DNA of 32,000 nt from an uncultured Candidatus Bathyarchaeia archaeon (GCA_964533505.1 CAZHKA010000023.1:1-32000), one strand, 5' to 3'. Shown: positions 24,683 to 31,984, counted from the first letter of the stretch. Notes: generated by a model not told the origin, from the sequence alone. Program-made: numbers and translations.

Positions 24683-25159
24683 GTGAGTATGAGTAGGTTT
24701 AAGGGGATTTTTCTTCTTCTTGCATGCGTCCTACTGCTAACAATAATGGGATTAGCCCATGCTCAAGGGTCATCTATCACTGTAACGACGGATAAGACCA
24801 CTTATAGTCCCGGAGATACTGTCCGCGTAACCGTTACTGTGACTGGCCCAATCACCGGCCCAGGCTTAACCGTTGAAATTGTGCCTGTGCCAATGTCTTC
24901 AGGTCTATTCCCGGTTGCAGCGGGAACTCTCTCCGTCAGCGGAGGCACCTTAGCATTGACACTTCCTAATAGCACAACGCCCGGCCACTATGACGTTGGG
25001 GTAGTAGCAGAAGAGGGAGGAACATTCACCCTGGACCCGGCCGTTGGAGTCACGGTGACAAAACTGACACCGGTACCTGAAACGCCCTCAGCTCTTGGGC
25101 TACTGCTTCCGGCAATGTTAGCAGTGATAATCGTTCTAAGAAAAAATAGGTTAAGGTAG
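24683..25159 (+). CDS. Secreted Ig-like protein with a PEP-CTERM-like C-terminal sorting signal (paralog 2)
   Basis: Signal peptide MSRFKGIFLLLACVLLLTIMGLAHAQG, then ITVTTDKTTYSPGDTVRVTVTV. The C-terminus is a tripartite signal: PVPETPSALGLLLPAMLAVIIVLRKNRLR. Confidence 0.7.
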   Translation: MSMSRFKGIFLLLACVLLLTIMGLAHAQGSSITVTTDKTTYSPGDTVRVTVTVTGPITGPGLTVEIVPVPMSSGLFPVAAGTLSVSGGTLALTLPNSTTPGHYDVGVVAEEGGTFTLDPAVGVTVTKLTPVPETPSALGLLLPAMLAVIIVLRKNRLR

Positions 25160-25161
25160 GA

Positions 25162-25398
25162 TTGTCAATGTCTTCGACTAATTTACCTGAAGTCAAGGTC
25201 GTTGTTTGTCCGAAATGTGGAAGCGAGATGGTTACAACACCACAAACACCGTTTCATGGACTTGCTGCCATTGACGTCAAAGAAGCTGCTGACCAACAAC
25301 CAGCAAAGCACATCACCGTATTCCTACCTGTGAAGGTCTATGAGTGTGTGAACTGCCATTACATCGAACTCTATGGAGCCGCTAGGACCAGTAAGTAA
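25162..25398 (+). CDS. Small zinc-ribbon protein
   Basis: A CPKCG...CVNCH pair. 76-78 aa. Lies immediately downstream of the sorting-signal protein. Confidence 0.5.
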   Translation: MSMSSTNLPEVKVVVCPKCGSEMVTTPQTPFHGLAAIDVKEAADQQPAKHITVFLPVKVYECVNCHYIELYGAARTSK

Positions 25399-25449
25399 GG
25401 CAGATTAGAAAAATAGGTTAAGGTTAGTTCGATTACTTCTGTTGTTGGG

Positions 25450-25650
25450 TTACGCTTGTAACGATTTCGTAATCAGCGCAACAGCTTCTTCCATCGTGAT
25501 TGCTGCCCCGTCTCTTCTTGAGATGCTTCCTCTACCGGGAACATCTACTTCTGTTCCTTGTGCTAAGATCTCTACAGGCTTGGACTCTACCACGTATTTC
25601 CGTTGCCAATCTCCGCCTAGGCCGTTACAGTACGGCCAGGGGATTTCGTA
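25450..25650 (-). pseudogene. Degenerate paralog of the 26311..26484 CxxCxGxxG zinc-finger peptide
   Basis: The open frame YEIPWPYCNGLGGDWQRKY... follows an in-frame TAA. It has no ATG/GTG/TTG start, and the first Cys is replaced by Trp. Confidence 0.25.
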
Positions 25651-25860
25651 TTATCCTAATTCCGTTAGACCTAGTATCTTATCAAGCGAAAGACGAGAGT
25701 CCTTCAGCGCTCTGACGAATCCATAGTTGAATTGTTTCGATATGATGGCTGGTCGCTGTAAATTTTAGCGTCTGCCTCTTAGCGACTTTGCCTTGATGAG
25801 TTTAGAGTTCCTTTAGCGAAAGCTCATCGGACTAGGTGCGTCCGCGAGTGGAACGAAACA

Positions 25861-26304
25861 ATGAGAAGAGAAAGATTCATTCTCGGGGCAGTACTTGTAA
25901 GCGCTATCATTGTTATTGCGTTTCAGGCATACCTTCTCAGCTCACTAACGTCAAGCGTAGCGTCAAGTCCATCCTTCTCTCCTTCAAACAACTACCCAAC
26001 GGACCAACCCTCGACCTTGACCTTGACCGGTCCACTTACAACGACAGCAGTCTCACCAGTATGCGCTCTTTACAGTAGCCCACCTTGCGCAATCTGGGTC
26101 GGTACACTTTACTACATTACGATCAACGGCGTGAATTACCGCCTTATCTTCCCAACGTCAATGAAACCGCCGCCCCCAATAAACGGCATCCGGATCATCG
26201 TGACTGGAACTTACGTGACGCCCTCAACCTACCAATACTACCAATACACACCTCAGCTGTCTTTCCGCGGCGACATGTACGTCATATCCTACAGCATTTC
26301 CTAG
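25861..26304 (+). CDS. Membrane-anchored or secreted small protein; C-terminal domain related to that of 1198..1875
   Basis: N-terminal TM segment FILGAVLVSAIIVIAFQAYLL, a Ser/Pro/Thr linker, then YYITINGVNYRLIF...IRIIVTGTYVTP...GDMYVISYSIS. Compare YYTLHN...INGQFVTVSGQMFTGP...GSYINVTSVS in 1198..1875. Confidence 0.55.
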   Translation: MRRERFILGAVLVSAIIVIAFQAYLLSSLTSSVASSPSFSPSNNYPTDQPSTLTLTGPLTTTAVSPVCALYSSPPCAIWVGTLYYITINGVNYRLIFPTSMKPPPPINGIRIIVTGTYVTPSTYQYYQYTPQLSFRGDMYVISYSIS

Positions 26305-26310
26305 ACTCAG

Positions 26311-26484
26311 CTAAGGATCCGGGGCAAGAATTTTCCGTAGTCCGTGGCATCCACGGCATTCAACCCAGACGCCTGTTTCGGTTTCGACGGTTTGACCACG
26401 ATACTTTTTGGGTCCGAGCACCCATTGCCAATCTCCACTCATCCCGTTACAGTATGGGCATTGGATTTCCTCACGTCCGACCTC
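26311..26484 (-). CDS. Small DnaJ-CR-like zinc-finger peptide (CxxCxGxxG twice); start codon unclear
   Basis: The open frame EVGREEIQCPYCNGMSGDWQWVLGPKKYRGQTVETETGVWVECRGCHGLRKILAPDP has no canonical start. It begins right after the tiny ATG-ACT-TAA that overlaps the stop of the upstream ORF. Confidence 0.35.
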   Translation of the reverse strand, partial: EVGREEIQCPYCNGMSGDWQWVLGPKKYRGQTVETETGVWVECRGCHGLRKILAPDP

Positions 26485-26489
26485 TTAAG

Positions 26490-26660
26490 TCATGGAGCTT
26501 GTGCCATCTCTATGTGTTGGGTAAGTTCGCCGTCCTTCAGCTTCCAAATTCTGTGGCAGTGCCTACAATAGTACCATGCTAGAGGCTCTAACCTGGTGCC
26601 GCTCCATTTGTATTCTAATGAGTATAGGTCTAGCATCCTTGAACAGTTAGGGCAGTTCAT
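26490..26660 (-). CDS. 56-aa zinc-ribbon protein
   Basis: Manual translation gives MNCPNCSRMLDLYSLEYKWSGTRLEPLAWYYCRHCHRIWKLKDGELTQHIEMAQAP. Below the ORF-track cutoff. Confidence 0.45.
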   Translation of the reverse strand: MNCPNCSRMLDLYSLEYKWSGTRLEPLAWYYCRHCHRIWKLKDGELTQHIEMAQAP

Positions 26661-26790
26661 GACTTGGCGTTGAAGCTGAATCTGATTTATTTCGTAACGT
26701 GGATTGAATAATAGCCTGTGTGTTGTGAGAAAGTAATCGGCATACTAGCCGTAAACCGTAAATGCTGAGCCAACGATTGGAGTATTCTAG

Positions 26791-27054
26791 TTGAGTCAAT
26801 TGAATGAATTGAGTAAATTGAGCGAATCGACCCGAGCCGAATATGAGGCATTCAAAAAGGAACTACATGATTTTTCAAGGAAGTTTGGGAGAGCCAAAAC
26901 TACTAAGGAAGTTCACGCTGAAATCAAACTTGCCAGTAAAATGGTTCGCAGAATCTGGAGATTGCAGAGGAAAATCTACAGGGAAGACTTAGAGAACGCA
27001 AAGAAGGATATCACAGAACTCAGACAGCGAATCGAGGCATTAGAAAAGAAATAG
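26791..27054 (+). CDS. Coiled-coil small protein
   Basis: 87 aa, charged and heptad-like (…EYEAFKKELHDF…RIWRLQRKIYREDLENAKKDITELRQRIEALEKK). Confidence 0.5.
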   Translation: MSQLNELSKLSESTRAEYEAFKKELHDFSRKFGRAKTTKEVHAEIKLASKMVRRIWRLQRKIYREDLENAKKDITELRQRIEALEKK

Positions 27055-27108
27055 ATATAAAAAATAGAATTGGGCCTGCGGCCCACGACATTAGGTTGGC
27101 GCACAGAA

Positions 27109-27378
27109 ATGGGGGCCGTTGAATATAAGACGGTTTACAGACCGTACGTCACTAAGACCTTGATATCTCAAAGAGACGAGGACAGGTCTCGTGATGTTGG
27201 CGTAAACGAGGACTTCGATAAGGTGCTAAACGAACACGAAGACGGGTGGAGAGTGAAGGATTGCGGGGTAATAAACACACAGACCCACAGCATATTTTGG
27301 GCCTTGCTCGAAAGGGAGGCGCCCTCGACCGCAAGCTTCCAACCTAACTATCCAATACGTACATCTCGCACATCCTAG
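27109..27378 (+). CDS. DUF4177-like small protein
   Basis: MGAVEYKTVYRP...FDKVLNEHEDGWRVKDCGVI...IFWALLERE resembles the DUF4177 pattern (xEYKxV...LNxxGxxGWxL...). ATG 27109 is preferred over TTG 27070. Confidence 0.45.
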   Translation: MGAVEYKTVYRPYVTKTLISQRDEDRSRDVGVNEDFDKVLNEHEDGWRVKDCGVINTQTHSIFWALLEREAPSTASFQPNYPIRTSRTS

Positions 27379-27386
27379 AACCCCGT

Positions 27387-27705
27387 TTTATGGCGCCTAG
27401 TCTGATTTTGTATTGGAGTTGGGTTTCGGAAGAATTGGGCTTCGCCCGTGTATGCGTGAAGTATAACAAAATAAGAAAATAAGGCGGAACGGCCCGCCGC
27501 TCGTACGAGCCTTAAGCAACGAATTCCTCTTGTCGAATGTTCTTGTCGTGTTCAGTACCTAACTTCATCTTAACTTTGCGTTTCTTAGCCAACCCCAAAC
27601 ACCTCCACTAATTGCCTAGAATGATCTGAGCGTCGTTTAGGCATATAAGGCAGCTTGGAGAAGAAGTCATAAAGGGAGAATATTCCGCATTTCCACCTAG
27701 TAGAA
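27387..27705 (-). repeat. Duplicated ~320-bp module, copy B
   Basis: See copy A (20634..20955). Shared elements are the TATA-like gcatataagg, catttccacc(c/t)agtagaa, the 3' half of the sORF, and the hairpins with T-tract. Confidence 0.85.
27512..27592 (-). CDS. Small basic peptide, family member B (26 aa)
   Basis: GGAGGTGTTTGGGG precedes the TTG. The product is (M)AKKRKVKMKLGTEHDKNIRQEEFVA. Confidence 0.45.
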   Translation of the reverse strand: MAKKRKVKMKLGTEHDKNIRQEEFVA

Positions 27706-27846
27706 CATACGGTTAAATAATCATGTCTCTTAATGGTGATTTTGGCGAGGCGAATTTGAATGGTGGACAAAAGGAAAGTCAAGTTGAATCTGCGTGTCTT
27801 GTTCCCTGACAAGGCAGGGACAGGTTAGCAAATGAGGTGAGCTTGA

Positions 27847-27945
27847 ATGGTGAAGAAGCGTATGGGCAAGAGGAGGAAGGTCAAGATGACACTTCAAGGT
27901 GGTCCTCCCCAAGCTGTCCCTGCCACGGACGAGTTAGTTGCTTGA
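27847..27945 (+). CDS. Small basic peptide, family member C (32 aa)
   Basis: GAGGTGAGCTTGA precedes the ATG. The product is MVKKRMGKRRKVKMTLQGGPPQAVPATDELVA, which shares the basic N-terminus and the acidic-hydrophobic xELVA C-terminus. Confidence 0.35.
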   Translation: MVKKRMGKRRKVKMTLQGGPPQAVPATDELVA

Positions 27946-27994
27946 GTTCATAGCTGACAAGGTAAGGCTAGATTACGTAGGGAGATGAAGTTGC

Positions 27995-28084
27995 ATGGCG
28001 AAGAAGCGGAAGAGTAAGATGAAGTTGGACGCACGTTGGAACCCATCTGGACGTAAGCTGCAAAGAAGTTGGAAGTTCCAGTGA
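27995..28084 (+). CDS. Small basic peptide, family member D (29 aa)
   Basis: GGGAGATGAAGTTGC precedes the ATG. The product is MAKKRKSKMKLDARWNPSGRKLQRSWKFQ. The N-terminus is near-identical to member B, but the C-terminus differs. Confidence 0.35.
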   Translation: MAKKRKSKMKLDARWNPSGRKLQRSWKFQ

Positions 28085-28199
28085 GGAGCCTAAGCCGCTA
28101 GTCACCCTCGGCTTGAGGGCATTGTAATTTCCACACCTTTATCGAGTGTATTGTGTATTGTTATGGCATAAGGAATAGGAAAAGCCGTAGGTTGGATAG

Positions 28200-28335
28200 T
28201 GGCGCCGCCGGCAGGTATCGAACCTGCGACCAACGGGTGTCTGCCCGTTTAACAGCTTCAGCCCCTTCAAGGTTTGTTGAGGGTCCGCTGCTCCACCACT
28301 GAGCTGTCGTCTGCGCTGTTCGCGTATACGGCGGC
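28200..28335 (-). tRNA. tRNA-Asn(GUU) with three putative introns and an encoded CCA
   Basis: The reverse complement starts GCCGCCG and ends CGGCGGC-G-CCA. D arm: GCTC-AGTGGTG-GAGC. T arm: GCAGG-TTCGATA-CCTGC. Variable loop: TGGTC. The anticodon loop CTGTTAA is flanked, after removing the insertions, by GCGGG/CCCGT. The insertions are about 22 nt (about 28306..28327), 28 nt (28257..28284) and 11 nt (28239..28249). Confidence 0.75.
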
Positions 28336-28371
28336 TAGTGTGCCTGTTCGGCGGCGAGGCGCAATTTGCTT

Positions 28372-28608
28372 TCAGCGCTTTATTTGTTCTCCGGATGCTT
28401 GTTGTGCCTGCCAAGCACCACAAAACGCGCAGCGCCGCACCCCTTCCGGAATTAGCGATCCGCAGGACCAACAATTTGTGAGTTTCTCTAGTTCGAATTG
28501 TGGTTCAGATGTCTTCCGTCGGTTTTTTTGCGACCACCAAGCCCACCCCGCTGTTAGCGCAAAGATGAGGCCGACAACGAGAACTATGAGTATGACATAG
28601 GAGTTCAA
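28372..28608 (-). CDS. Small membrane-anchored zinc-ribbon protein
   Basis: TM segment YVILIVLVVGLIFALTAGWAWW followed by CWSCG...CAFCG. 78 aa. Confidence 0.5.
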   Translation of the reverse strand: MNSYVILIVLVVGLIFALTAGWAWWSQKNRRKTSEPQFELEKLTNCWSCGSLIPEGVRRCAFCGAWQAQQASGEQIKR

Positions 28609-28667
28609 TGACGCCTCGTCCTGTTTAGTGGGTCTAAGAATATTATCCTCCCTCAGTAAGCTTATCC

Positions 28668-29930
28668 GTGAATCCTATGCCAACCCGCCAATTCCGACGC
28701 CTGACCTCGGTTGAAGATGCGACGCGCAGATTCCTTGACACGGTAGAGACCGTGAGAACGGTTGAATCGGTCAAAATCCAGGATGCTCTCGGTAGGGTGC
28801 TCGCTCGACGAATCGTGTCCAGAAAATATCTTCCGGCTCATGATATAGCTGTGCTAGACGGATACGCTGTTCACTCGGCTGACGTCCGTCATGCCTCCGC
28901 GAGAAACCCTACGATCCTACAACTGGTCGGAGAGAGCAGACTCGGCGAGCCGTCTAGGAACCGCGTCGGGAGAGGCGAAACGGTGGCGGTCGCCACGGGA
29001 AGTATCCTTCCGAAAGGTGCCGACGCGGTAGTCATGGTCGAGAATACGAGAATTCTGGGTCGGGGGAGAATTCAGTTTCGAGTGTCCGTCGTTCCGCGGG
29101 AGGGTATGACGGGGAAGGGTGAAGACCTCACGCCGGGCAGGTCGGTTATCGACAGAGGGAATCGCCTTCGCCCTGAAGACATTGGTATGATGAAAGCATT
29201 AGGCCTAGCAACAGTTCCGGTCGTCCGCCGAGTGCAGGTTGGGATCTTATCGACTGGAAACGAGCTCGTAAACACAGCTAGAAAGAGTCGCCCTGAGAAG
29301 ATCGTTGACCTCAATCGTCCTATCTTCGCAGCTATGTTGGAACAATCGGGAGCCATTCCTGTGGATTTGGGTATCGTTGAGGACGATGAGTGGGCTATCA
29401 CGTCTGCTCTCAGAGCGGGACTCTTAAGGACGGATGTTGTTTTGATCACAGCTGGTTCGTCTGTTGGCAAGAAGGACCTCGTCGCACACTGTATCAACAC
29501 ACTAGGGAGCCCTGGGATGCTCATTCATGGTATCTCCATGCGCCCTGCCATGCCCACTGGATTAGCAGTCGTTAAGGGCAAGCCGATCGTTTCTCTACCC
29601 GGTTTTCCCGTTTCTGCGATGATAGCCTTCAGGGTGTTCGTACGCCCCCTCTTAGCTAGGCTAAGCGGTGCACCGGGACAAGTGGACCCGACTGTCAAGG
29701 CAGTGTTAAAGAAAAGAGTCCGTGGGATCGAGGGGAGCCGAACATATGTGCGAGTCAGAGTAAAGAGAGTGCGAGACGGCTTTGTGGCTGTCCCACTCGA
29801 AGCGCAACGCTCGTCCATTTTGACGAGTATGGTGAATGCTAACGGCATCGTCACCGTATCAGAGGATATCCAGCTGATTGAGGCTGGAACCGAAGTCTCG
29901 GTTACGTTAACCGGCGATTTACCTGGCTAA
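28668..29930 (+). CDS. moeA: Molybdopterin molybdenumtransferase MoeA
   Basis: 420 aa. LDGYAV, ATGSILPKGADAVVMVE, VGILSTGNEL and VLITAGSSVGKKD motifs, typical of MoeA/gephyrin E. Confidence 0.9.
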   Translation: MNPMPTRQFRRLTSVEDATRRFLDTVETVRTVESVKIQDALGRVLARRIVSRKYLPAHDIAVLDGYAVHSADVRHASARNPTILQLVGESRLGEPSRNRVGRGETVAVATGSILPKGADAVVMVENTRILGRGRIQFRVSVVPREGMTGKGEDLTPGRSVIDRGNRLRPEDIGMMKALGLATVPVVRRVQVGILSTGNELVNTARKSRPEKIVDLNRPIFAAMLEQSGAIPVDLGIVEDDEWAITSALRAGLLRTDVVLITAGSSVGKKDLVAHCINTLGSPGMLIHGISMRPAMPTGLAVVKGKPIVSLPGFPVSAMIAFRVFVRPLLARLSGAPGQVDPTVKAVLKKRVRGIEGSRTYVRVRVKRVRDGFVAVPLEAQRSSILTSMVNANGIVTVSEDIQLIEAGTEVSVTLTGDLPG

Positions 29931-30211
29931 CTCTTCTTTTCCCTGGAGATTCGCATCTTCCGAACTTCACTGGCCAATGAGCGGAGCGGTTCCGATTTAG
30001 GCGAGGTCTTCGTGACGACTAGATAGCCGCCTTTCTCCCACCATGAGGGAGGCCTCGATTTACTCGCCACGATTTCATGATCGATTGATAGTGTCTTTGC
30101 GGCTTCACTCAATTCTTCGAGTCGGGGCGATTGAACAGATTGGCTCTTTGGGAGTTTGCGCCCCAATCGGCGCGTCTTTGTGGAGTCGAGGTTAGATGGC
30201 CAGATGACCAT
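29927..30211 (-). CDS. srp19: Signal recognition particle protein SRP19
   Basis: MVIWPSNLDSTKTRRLGRKLPKSQSVQSPRLEEL...RPPSWWEKGGYLVV matches the SRP19 signature. 94 aa. Confidence 0.9.
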   Translation of the reverse strand: MVIWPSNLDSTKTRRLGRKLPKSQSVQSPRLEELSEAAKTLSIDHEIVASKSRPPSWWEKGGYLVVTKTSPKSEPLRSLASEVRKMRISREKKS

Positions 30212-30259
30212 CTTTCCACGGAGTTTCAGGGATCATCCCTTCGGGCAGGAGATCCGCGA

Positions 30260-30655
30260 TCACTCTTGCGTGCCCTGAAGCAGAATCGCGTTAACGACGC
30301 CGTGTTGACCTGGCCTTGAAGTGACGACCGCCTGTCCCAGTGGAGTTTCTAGCACTGCACCCTTTGTGATCACGCCTCGGCGCTGGTAGTCGACGTTCGC
30401 TGGGTTCTTCAAGACGCGTCTGATTTCCGTCTTCTGGCTCTTGCCTGTTGCCGGATCGGTTACGTTGACCGTGTTAACGGCCAGTGCTGCCAACTTCAGT
30501 TTTCCACCCCGCACACGTTTAACGGAAACACGCTTTTCTCCGACTATCGTCTCCGTTGGGTCACTGCCCATCTCGAAGGCGCGTTTTCCGCGGAAAATGT
30601 GTTTCTTTCCGCCGCTCTTCTTTCGCTTATGCAAATCTCCGTGCCATTGAGGCAT
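30260..30655 (-). CDS. rps8e: 30S ribosomal protein S8e
   Basis: MPQWHGDLHKRKKSGGKK...KRVRGGKLKLAAL...NPANVDYQRRGVITKGAV. ATG 30655 is preferred over GTG 30664. Confidence 0.9.
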   Translation of the reverse strand: MPQWHGDLHKRKKSGGKKHIFRGKRAFEMGSDPTETIVGEKRVSVKRVRGGKLKLAALAVNTVNVTDPATGKSQKTEIRRVLKNPANVDYQRRGVITKGAVLETPLGQAVVTSRPGQHGVVNAILLQGTQE

Positions 30656-30702
30656 ATGATCCACTTCTAGACAATTTCAGTGACTGCCGGTGCGCGCTTC
30701 AT

Positions 30703-31320
30703 TTAAGGATTTTGAGGCTGCGAGGTTGGTAAAGGAGCAGGGGGCGGCGCCTTAGGTGTTTTCTGTGACTTGATATACTCAAAAAGGTGTTCCAGCTGTT
30801 TCTTCAGTGCCGGGGTTTCATGGCTGAGGTTGAAATAGTCCGCGAAATTCGGCGTCGTTCGAAGAACCTTTGTTCGGCCGAGTCGTTCTTCGGAGATCAA
30901 TCCTATTTCTCGCAGTTGCTTCACATGCGAATACGCCAAATTTCCTCGGACCTTCGCCACATACGATTGGGTGATTGGTTGTCGGTATGCGATGAATGAG
31001 AGCGTTTTCATCGGACCGGGCGTTAGTAACTGTCTTGTGGCGAGACGTTTTACGTCGGAGACGTATTGAGGTTTCAGTTGCATCACGAATCTTCCGTCGC
31101 TCAACTCCAGAACCTCTAGCGCACTGCCGTCGGATCCGTACTTACCTTTGAGTACTCGGCCGAGTTCCCTCACTTTCTCCTCCGATCTGAAACCCACAAC
31201 CGAACTAAGCGTCTTAAGGTCTAGAGGTTTGCCGGTCACATAAAGTGCCGCTTCGATTAAGGCGAGTTTTGTCTTCGCCTTGGATTGTTGGAGACTCTGC
31301 TCTGGGATGGGTTCAGACAA
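30703..31320 (-). CDS. scpB: Segregation and condensation protein B (ScpB)
   Basis: IEAALYVTGKPLDLKTLSSVVG... followed by a second winged-helix region PMKTLSFIAYRQPITQSYVAKVRG. Overlaps the scpA stop. Confidence 0.85.
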   Translation of the reverse strand: MSEPIPEQSLQQSKAKTKLALIEAALYVTGKPLDLKTLSSVVGFRSEEKVRELGRVLKGKYGSDGSALEVLELSDGRFVMQLKPQYVSDVKRLATRQLLTPGPMKTLSFIAYRQPITQSYVAKVRGNLAYSHVKQLREIGLISEERLGRTKVLRTTPNFADYFNLSHETPALKKQLEHLFEYIKSQKTPKAPPPAPLPTSQPQNP

Positions 31321-31984
31321 TTGGAGGTGAAACCTCGCCCAATCTTACATACAGGTCGGAGCCGTCTTCGTCTTGTGTTAGTATGATCTTCTTCTCGTTA
31401 GCGAGGAAGAGTAGCATGATGAAGACCCTTACCGCCTCGATGAACGTCTGGTCTTTTACAAGTTCCTTGAACGAGAGGGGCACGCCTCTTATGCTTAGTT
31501 TGATCAAGGTGCCGTAGTAGTTCTCGATATTCTCCTCGATATTGGCTAGGAACTGATCAAATTGTTCGAACACGGACGGAGGGCTGAGAATGAAAGGCTT
31601 CTTCGCGAGAACCGCTTTTTCATTCGCGAGGGCTTCCTGCAGTGTGCGCAAGATTTCAACGACTGAGGTTGATGTGTATTCGAAACGAAGGGGAAACGGC
31701 AGCGCTGGGGGGACTTCATCGTTCGGTCTGGGGACAGGGGGTTTTGGCGGTTCTTCCATTTTGAGGATAATCTCAGATTTCATTCGATGAACCACTGAGG
31801 ATGATAGTAAGGCGGTTCCGGAAGCCGAGAAGTCTACGAACCCGTTCTCTTTCATTTGAGCCATAAATGAGTTGAGGAGTTCGGCAATATCGACGTCCCA
31901 GGGTTTGACACGGTGAAGTCGCAGCAGGTCGAATAGGATTAGGTAAGGCGGCCGCATCCAGAATGGTTTAGTTATTTCTTCCAA
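31313..31984 (-). CDS. scpA: Segregation and condensation protein A (ScpA, kleisin)
   Basis: LILFDLLRLHRVKPWDVDIAELLNSFMAQM at the N-terminus and a C-terminal winged helix. GGAGGT lies upstream of the TTG 31984 start. Confidence 0.85.
   Translation of the reverse strand: MEEITKPFWMRPPYLILFDLLRLHRVKPWDVDIAELLNSFMAQMKENGFVDFSASGTALLSSSVVHRMKSEIILKMEEPPKPPVPRPNDEVPPALPFPLRFEYTSTSVVEILRTLQEALANEKAVLAKKPFILSPPSVFEQFDQFLANIEENIENYYGTLIKLSIRGVPLSFKELVKDQTFIEAVRVFIMLLFLANEKKIILTQDEDGSDLYVRLGEVSPPIV

Noticed and set aside
25442-26582. Plus-strand ORFs 25442..25726, 25500..25715, 26085..26582 and 26344..26571
   Set aside because: The products are low-complexity and unlike each other. The opposite strand carries paralogous Cys-motif peptides conserved between the two loci, so the plus-strand ORFs are treated as antisense artefacts.
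28139-28600. Overlapping 111-aa (-) and 108-aa (+) ORFs
   Set aside because: They cover the intron-containing tRNA-Asn gene and its GC-rich flank. Their Arg/Cys/Ala-rich products have no coding features, and the tRNA explains the sequence better.
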